Positions 30,758-40,547 of a stretch of DNA of 64,000 nt are shown here, piece by piece. A program made the translations under genes and the position numbers. How positions within the stretch are numbered: position 1 is the stretch's first letter; the number at the start of each line of letters is the position of its first letter. The notes beneath the pieces are model-generated. The model was not told where the DNA came from, ran no database searches, and saw only the letters and a program-made list of their open reading frames with translations. Source of the DNA: an uncultured archaeon. GTDB lineage: Archaea; EX4484-52; JAADEF01. The stretch is from assembly GCA_964407715.1 (NCBI GenBank), contig CAYOWP010000004.1, positions 18,355 through 82,354 of the forward strand, read 5' to 3'.

Positions 30758-31486
30758 ATGGAAGATAGAAAAAGATTAATCGAGAAACCTCGAAGGATTA
30801 TTGTTGCATGTGATGTCGAAACATTAAATGAGTATGAAGAAATAATAAAGAAAACATATGATCACCCTGCCATTGGTGGGTATAAAATTGGCTCTTTATT
30901 GGCTATTACATATAGTCTTCCTCGTCTTGTTGAAATAACACGCAAATATACTCAGAAACCCATAATCTATGATCATCAAAAAGCAGGCACAGATATACCT
31001 GACCTCGGTAAGAAATTCATGAAGACAGTCAAATATGCTGGTACTGATGCCATAATAGTTTTCCCTCTTTCAGGATCTTTGGTATTAGAGAAATGGGTAA
31101 AAGCAGCATACGATGAAGGATTATATGTTTTGGTTGGTGGCTTAATGACACATAAGCAGTTTTTGATAAGTGAAGGGGGGTATATAGGTGATAAAGAGGT
31201 ATATGATATTTATAAAAGGGCTGCACAATTGGGAGTAAGGGATTTTGTTGTACCCGGAACAAAACCTGAAGAAATAAGGAAGATAAAAGATATATTGATA
31301 GAATCTAACATAGAACCTATTTTTTATTCTCCTGGATTGATTACTCAAGGAGGAGAAATCACAGAAGCTGGAAAAGCAGCAGGTAAGGAATGGCATGCCA
31401 TAATTGGTCGCGCAATTTATGCATCAAAAGATGTCCGCAAAACTCTTGATGAGCTATATAAAGCAATAAAGGAAAGCGAAAATTAA
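30758..31486 (+). CDS. pyrF: Orotidine-5'-phosphate decarboxylase
   Basis: [38 protein letters not shown]. Confidence 0.9.
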   Translation: MEDRKRLIEKPRRIIVACDVETLNEYEEIIKKTYDHPAIGGYKIGSLLAITYSLPRLVEITRKYTQKPIIYDHQKAGTDIPDLGKKFMKTVKYAGTDAIIVFPLSGSLVLEKWVKAAYDEGLYVLVGGLMTHKQFLISEGGYIGDKEVYDIYKRAAQLGVRDFVVPGTKPEEIRKIKDILIESNIEPIFYSPGLITQGGEITEAGKAAGKEWHAIIGRAIYASKDVRKTLDELYKAIKESEN

Positions 31487-34254
31487 CCAACATATCCCAT
31501 AATCTCTGCAGGCGTCTTCAATGCAGCCTTTTTCATTTTCTCAACTTTCTCTTTATATCTTTCAATAGTTTCCTTATCTATTGATGGCTTTATTATCTTC
31601 AGAGCCTCCATGAAATCATCTCGTGTTACCTCTCTTGCATTTATATTCTTCCTTAAAGCAATTATACCTGCCTCTTTACAAAGATTAGCAATATCAGCAC
31701 CTACAAATCCCTCTGTTAAATCAGCCAACTCCTCAAGGCTAACATCAGAGGATAAAGGCATTTTTCTTGTATGAACCTCCAATATCTTCAAACGTGTTTC
31801 TCTATCAGGAACAGGAATATATATCTGCCTATCAAACCTTCCTGCTCTCAATAATGCTGGATCCACGATATCAGGTCTATTGGTTGCAGCAATGACAACC
31901 ACATTCTCTAACTTCTCTAAGCCATCCAATTCTGTAAGAAGCTGAGTGATTATTCTATCTGTTACCTCGTTTCCTATGCCAAGCCCTCTTCTTGGAGCTA
32001 TGGCATCTATCTCATCTATAAATATGATAGCAGGCGCTACCTGTTTTGCCTTCTTAAACACGTCCCTTATTCTCTTCTCACTTTCTCCAACCCATTTGTT
32101 AAGTATTTCTGGTCCTTTAATATATATGAAGTTTGCCTCAGATTCATTAGCCACTGCTTTGGCAAGCAATGTTTTTCCTGTACCTGGCAATCCATATAGC
32201 AGTACTCCTTTAGGAGGTTCAATACTTAATCTCTTAAATGATTCTGGATATTTAAGCGGCCATTCTACCATCTCCTTTAATTGTTGCTTTACATCTTCCA
32301 AGCCACCAATATCATCCCATGTTACATTTGGCACTTCTATAAGTACCTCTCTCATTGCAGAGGGTTCAACATAGTTTAATGCGTGTTTAAAATCCTCATA
32401 TGTCACATATAGCTTTGAGATATCTTCCTCAAGAATCTCCTCATCTGGAGATATCTTGTCAAGCAATCTTCTTAGAGCATTCATAGCAGCTTCCTTTACC
32501 AATGCCTCCAAATCAGCACCCACAAACCCATGAGTTAATTTTGAGAGTTCATCAATCATATTATCAACGGATTTATCAATTATCTCTTCCTCATATTTTC
32601 CAAATAATTTCAAGATGTTGAATAAAGACTCTACATCCTCATCATTAAGTTTGGATAACTTCTCTATGAATTTGTTATTTAATCCCATGCCTCTGCATAT
32701 TTCAAGCAATTTTTTCTTATCGAATTTAATCACATAAGCATTCCTTATCTTCCTAAGATAAGGAAAATCTCTTTCCACCAAATCCTCCAAAATCTCTTTA
32801 TATTCATCTTTATTTATTATGCTCTCAAATTTCATTATGTTCTTTTCTAATTCATCCCATGATATTTCTCTATCAGGATAATGAATAAATACGAACTCTT
32901 TTATGTTATCCAATATCATTGTATAATATCTCTTTAAGATTTCCATCCTTTCAATGCTACTTATGTTGGAGAATAAAGAAATAAACCTTCTTTTTAATCC
33001 ATTTATCGCCTTCTTATTATCTACCTTGCAAAGAATAATCTCAAATGCTATGTTATCATCCCAGTGATATAAAGGCATATTTCGAGTTTTTATTTGAAGA
33101 ATCTCTTTTCTTCCATCCTTATTTGGCACTCCTATCTCAATTTCCCTATCAAATCTTCCAGGTCTCCTTAATGCAGGATCCAATGCTTCTGGGCGATTGG
33201 TTGCACCTATCACCACAACTTGGCCTCTTCCTTTTAACCCATCCATGCTTGCTAATAATTGAGCCACTATTCTTCTTTCAACCTCTCCAAGAACATCCTC
33301 ACGTTTTGGTGCTATGGCATCTATCTCATCTATGAATATGATAGCAGGAGCATTCTCCTCTGCCTCTTTAAATATATCCCTTATCTTTTTTTCGCTCTCT
33401 CCATACCACTTACTCGTTATCTCAGGTCCATTTATGGAGATGAATCTTGTGCCTGCTTCATTGGCAACTGCTTTAGCAATCATTGTCTTACCTGTGCCAG
33501 GAGGCCCATAAAGCAGTATTCCTTTTGGTGGCTCTATGCCCAATCTCTCAAATAATCGAGGATGTTTTAAAGGCAATTCTATCATCTCCCTTATCTTTTT
33601 TATAGTCTCACTTAAACCCCCTATATCTTCATAGCTTATGGAAGGAATGCTCTCTTCCTCTCTTATCTCCACTGCCTTAGAAAGCACCTTTACATTAGTT
33701 AGTTCTGTTATCTTAACAATGCCAAGAGGTTTTGTATCCACAACCTTAAATTGTATTTCTTGCAATCCAAAATTAAAGAAATCATCCCTTGAAGGTGGGA
33801 AAAATCTTGCGCTTCTTTTATTATATGGAAGGACAATATCTCCCTTGGTAACAACTCGATTCATCATTATTCTCTTAACATATTCATTTGGCATATGTAG
33901 AATAATTCCCTTCTCTGCTGGTGCAAGAACAACTTCCTTTGCCTCTCTAACATTGGCTCTTCTTACCTTCACTATCTCTCCTATGCTCGTACCTGCATTT
34001 CTTCTTGTTATACCATCCATCCTTATAATGTTAATGCCTATATCTGAGGGATATGCCCTTAAAGCTATAGCAGCAGTTTTTCTTGATCCCTCTATCTCAA
34101 CAACCTCTCCCTCTCTTATCCCTATTTCCTCCATCTTTTTTGAATCTATTCTCACTATATTGACCCCTATATCTGATTGAATACTACTTGGAATCTCAGC
34201 AACTTTTAATAGAATCTCTCCCTTCGGTTCTTTTTCATCATGCTTCTCTTCCAT
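31483..34254 (-). CDS. cdc48: CDC48/VAT AAA+ ATPase with large insertion in D1
   Basis: N-domain; two AAA modules ([16 protein letters not shown]; IDEID; RPGRFDR, RAGRFDR); C-terminal YVG. Confidence 0.95.
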   Translation of the reverse strand: MEEKHDEKEPKGEILLKVAEIPSSIQSDIGVNIVRIDSKKMEEIGIREGEVVEIEGSRKTAAIALRAYPSDIGINIIRMDGITRRNAGTSIGEIVKVRRANVREAKEVVLAPAEKGIILHMPNEYVKRIMMNRVVTKGDIVLPYNKRSARFFPPSRDDFFNFGLQEIQFKVVDTKPLGIVKITELTNVKVLSKAVEIREEESIPSISYEDIGGLSETIKKIREMIELPLKHPRLFERLGIEPPKGILLYGPPGTGKTMIAKAVANEAGTRFISINGPEITSKWYGESEKKIRDIFKEAEENAPAIIFIDEIDAIAPKREDVLGEVERRIVAQLLASMDGLKGRGQVVVIGATNRPEALDPALRRPGRFDREIEIGVPNKDGRKEILQIKTRNMPLYHWDDNIAFEIILCKVDNKKAINGLKRRFISLFSNISSIERMEILKRYYTMILDNIKEFVFIHYPDREISWDELEKNIMKFESIINKDEYKEILEDLVERDFPYLRKIRNAYVIKFDKKKLLEICRGMGLNNKFIEKLSKLNDEDVESLFNILKLFGKYEEEIIDKSVDNMIDELSKLTHGFVGADLEALVKEAAMNALRRLLDKISPDEEILEEDISKLYVTYEDFKHALNYVEPSAMREVLIEVPNVTWDDIGGLEDVKQQLKEMVEWPLKYPESFKRLSIEPPKGVLLYGLPGTGKTLLAKAVANESEANFIYIKGPEILNKWVGESEKRIRDVFKKAKQVAPAIIFIDEIDAIAPRRGLGIGNEVTDRIITQLLTELDGLEKLENVVVIAATNRPDIVDPALLRAGRFDRQIYIPVPDRETRLKILEVHTRKMPLSSDVSLEELADLTEGFVGADIANLCKEAGIIALRKNINAREVTRDDFMEALKIIKPSIDKETIERYKEKVEKMKKAALKTPAEIMGYVG

Positions 34255-34290
34255 AAATGATAATATAAGAGGGTGTATTTATAAATGTTT

Positions 34291-34647
34291 TTAAATAAAA
34301 CTAACCTTTAATCTTTCTCCTTTCTCGGCCTTAAAGTTTTCTCTTGCATCGACCTCAAGAACATATTTATATGGAACCTCAGAACAATAAAGCTTCCATG
34401 TGCTTGGATCAAAACTGATTTTCTTGGCATACTGAACATCCACAACCTCCAATCTCTTATTTAAAAAATAAAGATGGAGATCATATCTCATAAATAGCAT
34501 ACAAATTCTATGTCTTCTCTCGCTTTTGAATTCTAAAAGCGCATTGCCCTTCTTTTTAAACATTAAACCTCTCACTAATTCAAAATAGCATTTTTTATGC
34601 TCCGCTTCTATCTCCGAAGACCTACTTTTTATCAAAACCTTTGCCAT
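34291..34647 (-). CDS. DUF192 family protein
   Basis: RGLMF, CMLFMRYDL, YVLEV. Confidence 0.8.
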   Translation of the reverse strand: MAKVLIKSRSSEIEAEHKKCYFELVRGLMFKKKGNALLEFKSERRHRICMLFMRYDLHLYFLNKRLEVVDVQYAKKISFDPSTWKLYCSEVPYKYVLEVDARENFKAEKGERLKVSFI

Positions 34648-34672
34648 ATGAAATCAACAACCTCGATGGATG

Positions 34673-35431
34673 TTATTCTATAAACATCTTTATCTCTCCA
34701 TTATTCCATTTTCTTATTATCTCCTTTGATGCTCTTTCTAAATCTTCTTCACCATTACTTAAATAAAACTTTCTTCTTATAGCATATTCCCTTAATATAT
34801 CCGTTGGCTCTTTTGATGCAATGTTCTTTATCTTTAGTAGCTCCTCAAGGTTATTCTCATATCTCTTAGAATATTCAAGTAACAACAAAGCATGCTTAAG
34901 ACATTCCTGTTTTTCAGGATTAACATTTCCTCTAAATACAATGAAATCCTCTGGCTTTTTAGCATTTATTATTCCTGCGGTATCTATGAGTAAGATATCC
35001 TCTTTAAGCTTTATCCATTGATACTTTTTTGTATAAGCTGGTAAAGGAGATGTCTTAGCTTTTTGTGATCTTGTTAAGAGATTTATAAGAGAGGACTTTC
35101 CAACATTTGTGTATCCTATAATCCCAACCTTAACTTTTTTGGTTCCTGTGGTTTTCTTAACTTTATGTGATAAGAGATATATTAGCTTTTTAACGCTATT
35201 TACTCCCTTTCTTTCTTTATATGAGGCATATGCTGTAGGAAAAGGCAATGATTTAAGCTTTTTCTCTAATTTTGATTTCTCAACCAAATCGCATTTCATT
35301 GCTACAATCATCAATAATTTCCCTTTATTCACTATTCTTTTTTCTAATGGTTCACATCTAGTAAAATCTATTGCTCTACTATCCACAACCTCTATAATTA
35401 TATTGCTCTCATTTATTATTCTATTTATCAT
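34673..35431 (-). CDS. Circularly permuted GTPase, YlqF/RbgA-like
   Basis: EVVDSR, MKCDL (G4), GYTNVGKSSLIN, LIDTAGI. Confidence 0.88.
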   Translation of the reverse strand: MINRIINESNIIIEVVDSRAIDFTRCEPLEKRIVNKGKLLMIVAMKCDLVEKSKLEKKLKSLPFPTAYASYKERKGVNSVKKLIYLLSHKVKKTTGTKKVKVGIIGYTNVGKSSLINLLTRSQKAKTSPLPAYTKKYQWIKLKEDILLIDTAGIINAKKPEDFIVFRGNVNPEKQECLKHALLLLEYSKRYENNLEELLKIKNIASKEPTDILREYAIRRKFYLSNGEEDLERASKEIIRKWNNGEIKMFIE

Positions 35432-35463
35432 AATTAGATAACTCTAAAAGAAATTTTAAAAGC

Positions 35464-35833
35464 ATTGTCCAATAATTCTTTGTTGTTAAGCGGAAAAGTA
35501 ACCTCTTAAAGAAGCGCATTAAAGTAGCGAACCTTGTAGAGCTAATGCGATTTAAAAGGTTAGCTGCTTTATTGCCTTTTGAGAAGGTACATCTCTAACC
35601 TCTCGTTAAAGATTAGCTGCTCTGATGTGTGTTGTTGATGTGGTATGCTTCCTGTTAACCATGTTTTATTAAAAACATAGTTAACGAGAAAATATCTTCA
35701 TTCACTCATGGAATGCAGCATGTTAATCTTTCGTTAAATGTTAGTTGCTTCATAACCATTATAAAGAGTTAGCCGCTATAAGTGCTATTTGCGCGTTAAA
35801 TTTCCGCTTAACAATAAAGAATTATTGGACAAT
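35464..35833. mobile_element. MITE-like element with 33-bp terminal inverted repeats and an internal array-type module
   Basis: 35464-35496 vs 35801-35833 inverted with 1 mismatch; no ORF; mobility is inferred, not shown. Confidence 0.65.
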
Positions 35834-35921
35834 ACCTTTTTAAAAAGTATGGCGATAAATTTAAAAAATTTTAAAACATAATTATAATATATCCTCTGTA
35901 AAATCAGGAGGTGAATAAGAA

Positions 35922-36128
35922 ATGGCAGATGTAAAAGGAAAGAGTGCATGGGACTGGATTGCAATTGTGTTGGTGATTATAGGGGGTCTAAATCTTGGTA
36001 TATTGGGATTGTTCAATGTTGATGTGATAGGAAAGATATTTGAGAGTGTAGAGGTTGTAGCAAGAATTATATATGTCTTAATAGGTCTTGCTGCACTATA
36101 TATGATATATTTCGCAACAAAAGAATAG
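35922..36128 (+). CDS. DUF378 family small membrane protein
   Basis: LVIIGGLNLG, RIIYVLIGLAALY; strong RBS. Confidence 0.88.
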   Translation: MADVKGKSAWDWIAIVLVIIGGLNLGILGLFNVDVIGKIFESVEVVARIIYVLIGLAALYMIYFATKE

Positions 36129-36163
36129 CCTCCATTTTTTTTGTTTTTAATTTTCTTCTTATA

Positions 36164-36958
36164 TTATATTTTTCGTATTATATTTAGGAGTTGTTGTAAT
36201 ATATTAGGGAATGTCTCTCTCCGTATTTTATAATACATCTCTTTGAATTCCTCTATCAACTCTGGATTAGAGGAATCTCTATCATATAAATTCCAAACAC
36301 ATGGTGGTAATACAAGATATTTATTATATAATGAGATTGAATGTGCTACCCTATCAAAATAGCTTAAATCTTCATCAATATAAGCAAAATAAATATTCAT
36401 AATATGAGGTGATTTCATCTTAAAATATTCCATAAAAATATATCCTCCTGTGATGATAAACGATTTCTTACTCTCTTCATTAAGCTCATCAAAACTTCTT
36501 ACTCTTTCACCAAAGTAAATTATATTTACTTTATCGAAAGCTCTTATGAATTTCTTCTTAGGTGTTTTCTCTATATCTTTGTTTTTTAGCCATATTGCAA
36601 GATTAATATATTTTTCTTTTCCTTTTCTTTTTACTCCATCTATTTCCACACAACTGTATTTTATATCTTTCCTTTCAAGGATTTCCTTAACTCTTGGTTC
36701 TAATTCTTCCTCATACTCTCCAAGAATGAATGCTGCAGAGCCATCTATAGATTTTTTAGCTGCATAAGAGAAAATCTCTTCATAAAGCTTATCAGAAATA
36801 TCTATTTTAATATCTGCACATACTCTTATCATAGGTTTTTCAAAATTCTTTATCTTCTTATATATCAGATCAACCATATCCCTATACTCAATTATGACTT
36901 TGACATCATCATGAGTGTTCATATGCCAATTTATTATTTTAGAAAACTTTAAAAACAT
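36164..36958 (-). CDS. Hypothetical protein
   Basis: Long ORF with host-like composition; true start probably a downstream ATG. Confidence 0.6.
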   Translation of the reverse strand: MFLKFSKIINWHMNTHDDVKVIIEYRDMVDLIYKKIKNFEKPMIRVCADIKIDISDKLYEEIFSYAAKKSIDGSAAFILGEYEEELEPRVKEILERKDIKYSCVEIDGVKRKGKEKYINLAIWLKNKDIEKTPKKKFIRAFDKVNIIYFGERVRSFDELNEESKKSFIITGGYIFMEYFKMKSPHIMNIYFAYIDEDLSYFDRVAHSISLYNKYLVLPPCVWNLYDRDSSNPELIEEFKEMYYKIRRETFPNILQQLLNIIRKI

Positions 36959-36970
36959 TACTCATAAATG

Positions 36971-37096
36971 GCATTGTCCAATAATTCCCTATTAACAAAA
37001 TTTGTTAAGCGGAAAAATAGCCTTTTAAAGAAGCGCATCAGAGCAGCAAAGCTTATTGAGCTAAGCGATTGTAGGAGCAAATTTTCTCGTTAACAA
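36971..37096. repeat. Monomer of the repeat family (outer right terminus missing)
   Basis: GCATTGTCCAATAATT..TTGTTAAGCGGAA..GAAGCGCATCAGAGCAGC..TTCTCGTTAACAA, colinear with the 29378 copy. Confidence 0.85.
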
Positions 37097-37144
37097 AACA
37101 AAAAATAATAAAATAAAAAAAGATTTTTCTTTTAAAATTTGCGG

Positions 37145-37267
37145 TTATATTTTTTCTTCCTTATGTAACCAGTAAAGAACTCCGCCAATGATCAACAAAA
37201 CCACAATAACAACTACTGCAATTACATAAGGGTCACTCAAATTTATCCCTGCTATTTCAGCGGCCAT
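37145..37267 (-). CDS. 40-aa single-TM small protein (not in ORF track)
   Basis: MAAEIAGINLSDPYVIAVVVIVVLLIIGGVLYWLHKEEKI; AGGAGGTGA RBS right after the regulator's stop. Confidence 0.7.
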   Translation of the reverse strand: MAAEIAGINLSDPYVIAVVVIVVLLIIGGVLYWLHKEEKI

Positions 37268-37280
37268 TTTTTCACCTCCT

Positions 37281-37772
37281 TTATTTTTTTGATATACTCA
37301 TGTTGTTCTCCATATTTAATGATGATAAATATTTCATCGTCTTTGAGAATATCAAAATCCCTATATTCAATTTTTCATATTCTCTTATTATCCTTCTAAC
37401 ATTTTCCCTAATAGTACCATCTTCTATTTTGTTTAGGTTTTTAGATAAATAATCAATTAAAGGTTTGATTTCAGTTTCAAGAAAATCATTTATCATATTA
37501 TTAAATCCATCAATCAAAGAGGTATTGGCAGAGTAATAGATCTCTTTACCTTTTTTTGTTATGTTAATCATATTTAACTCCCTCAATTTTTTTAAACTTC
37601 TACTTATAAGACCTCTACTATATCTTATGCCTTTTTCTATCTCCTCTTGTGTCATTGGTTTTGAGTTAAATAATAAGAAACCCCATACCTTTCCTACAGA
37701 TTTTCCTAAGCCCCATTGCTTTGACATCTTTTCAAATGATGATAACACTTTTTTTATATTTATCTCTTTCAT
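37281..37772 (-). CDS. GbsR/MarR family winged-helix regulator
   Basis: WGLGKSVGKVWGFLL..PMTQEEI...SRGLISRSLKKL. Confidence 0.82.
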   Translation of the reverse strand: MKEINIKKVLSSFEKMSKQWGLGKSVGKVWGFLLFNSKPMTQEEIEKGIRYSRGLISRSLKKLRELNMINITKKGKEIYYSANTSLIDGFNNMINDFLETEIKPLIDYLSKNLNKIEDGTIRENVRRIIREYEKLNIGILIFSKTMKYLSSLNMENNMSISKK

Positions 37773-37874
37773 GTTATCACCTTCATTTTACTTTTTACTA
37801 AAAAGTATAATAGTACAATGATAAATATATAATTTTAAAATTTTTAAAAATTATCTCTACTTTAATATTACTGA

Positions 37875-37927
37875 GTGCACCATCCTGTTGAAGGATGGTG
37901 ACACGCCAGCGGATTTATGAGGCTGGC
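37875..37927 (+). promoter_or_regulatory. Two GC-rich hairpins in the putative rps2 5' leader
   Basis: CACCATCCT/AGGATGGTG and GCCAGC/GCTGGC stems ~25 nt downstream of a TTTAAAAA box. Confidence 0.5.
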
Positions 37928-37945
37928 ATGTGGAGTGTGAATCAA

Positions 37946-38704
37946 ATGCCTAAAAGAAAAATGCAAAGAAAAAAATCAGATAAAAAATATAGCAAGAAAA
38001 GGCAAAGACTTCAAAGGTCAAGTTCTGATAAGGAAATAATGGCAAATGCTAAAAAAGAGAAGAGGGAAGATATCTCTAAGGAGGCAGAAACAAAATTCTT
38101 AATACCTTTAAATCAATATTTAGCTACAGGAATACATATAGGAATGAGAGCAAGAACAAAAGATATGGAGAAGTTTATTTATAAAATCAGACAAGATAAA
38201 TTGGCTGTGTTTGATATATCAAAAGTAGATGAACGCATAAGATTAGCAGCAAATTTGTTAAGTACATATGAACCAAATGAGATATTAGCAGTAAGTAGAA
38301 AAAGAAATGGACACAAGCCTGTATATATGTTTGCAAAAGCAACTGGTGCTAATTGCTTTTATGGTAGATTTATGCCCGGCACACTCACAAATCCAAATTA
38401 TGAAAAATATATGGAACCAAAAATCATTATTATAACTGATCCCTTTGCTGATAGCCAAGCATTTCAGGAAGCAATAAAATCAAATATCACAATCATAGCC
38501 ATGTGCGATACATTTGATCAAACAAAATATATCGATTTAGTGATTCCAATGAACAATAAAGGAAGAAAAAGTGTTGCTTTGGCGTATTATCTCCTTGCAA
38601 AAGAATACTTAAAATTAAGAGGAGAGATAAAATCAGATGATGAGTTTCCATATAAATTAAAAGATTTTGAGATGCCAATTGCTGCTAAAAGGAATATTGT
38701 TTAA
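37946..38704 (+). CDS. rps2: 30S ribosomal protein S2 (uS2) with basic N-terminal extension
   Basis: YLATGIHIG, GRFMPGTLTNP, PMNNKGRKS; start uncertain. Confidence 0.93.
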   Translation: MPKRKMQRKKSDKKYSKKRQRLQRSSSDKEIMANAKKEKREDISKEAETKFLIPLNQYLATGIHIGMRARTKDMEKFIYKIRQDKLAVFDISKVDERIRLAANLLSTYEPNEILAVSRKRNGHKPVYMFAKATGANCFYGRFMPGTLTNPNYEKYMEPKIIIITDPFADSQAFQEAIKSNITIIAMCDTFDQTKYIDLVIPMNNKGRKSVALAYYLLAKEYLKLRGEIKSDDEFPYKLKDFEMPIAAKRNIV

Positions 38705-38716
38705 AAAGGTGATTCT

Positions 38717-39961
38717 ATGACAACAGAAAAAGGAAGCCTGAAGGTTAATCATTTTATTGAAAAAAGGTTTTTCTCTATACTTGATGATGATTATCTCTCA
38801 AAAGCATTAGGGGAAATGTATAGCAATAATGTTAAAGGTTTGCTTGTATTTGATAGGAATTGTATATTTAAAGGAGTGTTAACAGAAGAAATCATTACAA
38901 AATCATATCTTGATCCTTCTACAACAAAAGTAAAAAGTTTAGCTGTTATGCCGCCAAAGAATATCACTGAGAATGATGATGTATATAAAGCAGCCTATAT
39001 CTTATTCAACTCTCATCTTCCTATTATCCCTGTATTTGACAAGGATAAAAAGGAAATCATAGGAGTTTTGGAAATAAAATCTCTCATTAAGAAATACTCA
39101 GAGATAGATAAGCAATTTTCCAATATGAGAATCATTGATATAGCGACAACAGATGTTGTAACCGTTAATGAATATGACACGCTAGGAAATGCATTAAGAT
39201 TAATGCGCGAGAACAAGATTACAAGATTGCCCATCTTAGGAAAGAATGGAAAATTAACTGGTATCTTAACCTTGCATGATATAATAGAAAAACTAATAAA
39301 ACCAAAGTATAGAAGCCAGAAATTTAGGGAGGGTGAAAGAGTTTCTCGTGAAAAAATAAAAATCACAGAATATCCTGTAAAAGAAATAATGAATAATGTC
39401 GTATTTACAATAGATCCTCTTGCCACAGTTAAAGAATGCATAAAAATGATGGAAGAACTCAATGTTTCAAGTTTGGTTATTATTGAGGATGATAAAGTAA
39501 AAGGTATCGTAACAGATAAAGACATCCTTGGCTATATTGCATCGCTTTATCAAAAACCAGAGAAGTTTAAGGTATTGTATGCAATATCAGGAGATGTTGA
39601 GGAGCTAGACAAATATGAGCTTGAAGATGCAATAGAGCATGTTAGAAATGTTATTCAGAGATATGAGGATTATTTAAACTCAGGAAACATATATATCTAT
39701 ATAAAGCAACATGATGAAAGATTTAGATCAATGCCTCTATACCATATAAGAATTAGACTATCATCTGAAAAAGGAGTATTCATAGGGATTGGAGAAACCT
39801 GGGGTTTATATAATGCGATAGGATGCGCATTAAAGAAATTGAGGGATCAAATAGAGTATAAAAGAGAACTTGAAAAGGATCCATACTTAGGTTTAAGAGC
39901 ACTTGTAAAAGAAGTAGCAAATACTACAGTATTACCAAACATAAAGGGGCCAAAAGATTAA
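38717..39961 (+). CDS. Four-CBS-domain protein with C-terminal HPF/RaiA-like domain (candidate ribosome hibernation factor)
   Basis: Four CBS repeats (KGVLTE, IGVLE, GILTLHDII, GIVTDKDIL), then a beta-alpha-beta-beta-beta-alpha pattern ending LYNAIGCALKKLRDQI. Confidence 0.72.
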   Translation: MTTEKGSLKVNHFIEKRFFSILDDDYLSKALGEMYSNNVKGLLVFDRNCIFKGVLTEEIITKSYLDPSTTKVKSLAVMPPKNITENDDVYKAAYILFNSHLPIIPVFDKDKKEIIGVLEIKSLIKKYSEIDKQFSNMRIIDIATTDVVTVNEYDTLGNALRLMRENKITRLPILGKNGKLTGILTLHDIIEKLIKPKYRSQKFREGERVSREKIKITEYPVKEIMNNVVFTIDPLATVKECIKMMEELNVSSLVIIEDDKVKGIVTDKDILGYIASLYQKPEKFKVLYAISGDVEELDKYELEDAIEHVRNVIQRYEDYLNSGNIYIYIKQHDERFRSMPLYHIRIRLSSEKGVFIGIGETWGLYNAIGCALKKLRDQIEYKRELEKDPYLGLRALVKEVANTTVLPNIKGPKD

Positions 39962-39980
39962 AAAATAAAAGAAGAAAGGA

Positions 39981-40448
39981 TCACTCTATATTCACTTTTT
40001 TCTTTTCCTCCTTATGAGCCTTCTTTATCCTTACCTCCAATACTCCATTCTTATATGTTGCCTTTACTTCATCAGGATTCACATCTGTAGGCAATGATAG
40101 CGTGATATAATATCCTTTATACGCTCTTTCCTCGAATCTTGCTCTCTCTCTTTCCTCCTTTGTCTCCTCTTTTCTTTCAGCCTTTACTTCCAATGTTCTT
40201 GAAGTGACTCTTAAATCAATATCCTCTTTCTCAACTCCAGGAAGCTCTATAACTGCTATAACCTCATCATCCGTCTCCCATACCTCACTAATAGGTTCTC
40301 TATATTCTCTTTCCTCTTCAATATAAGCCCTTCTTCTTGGACCTCCTATATAACTTGTTCTAAAAACATCCTCAAAGGATCTTGCTATATCCTCAAATAG
40401 ATCCTCTAAGAAGTCATCAAAAAACCCTCTCCTTCTCCTGAACCTCAT
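39981..40448 (-). CDS. Small heat shock protein Hsp20
   Basis: ELPGVEKEDI, ATYKNGVLEV. Confidence 0.93.
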   Translation of the reverse strand: MRFRRRRGFFDDFLEDLFEDIARSFEDVFRTSYIGGPRRRAYIEEEREYREPISEVWETDDEVIAVIELPGVEKEDIDLRVTSRTLEVKAERKEETKEERERARFEERAYKGYYITLSLPTDVNPDEVKATYKNGVLEVRIKKAHKEEKKKVNIE

Positions 40449-40547
40449 TTTTATCACCTCCTTCCTGATTTATTTAATAATTATAAAATATATTTTATAT
40501 ATTTTAGAATTTAAAAATTTTTAAGATTATCTCTTTAATTAAAGTTT

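Noticed and set aside
32554-33069. Intein in Cdc48
   Set aside because: No N-terminal Cys/Ser block, no HN-C/S/T end, and no LAGLIDADG motif.
31946-34180. Antisense ORFs over cdc48 (and similar shadow ORFs over gapN, argS, ftsY, nop5, cas3)
   Set aside because: They lie fully opposite well-supported genes and have Ser/Ile/Phe-rich shadow composition.
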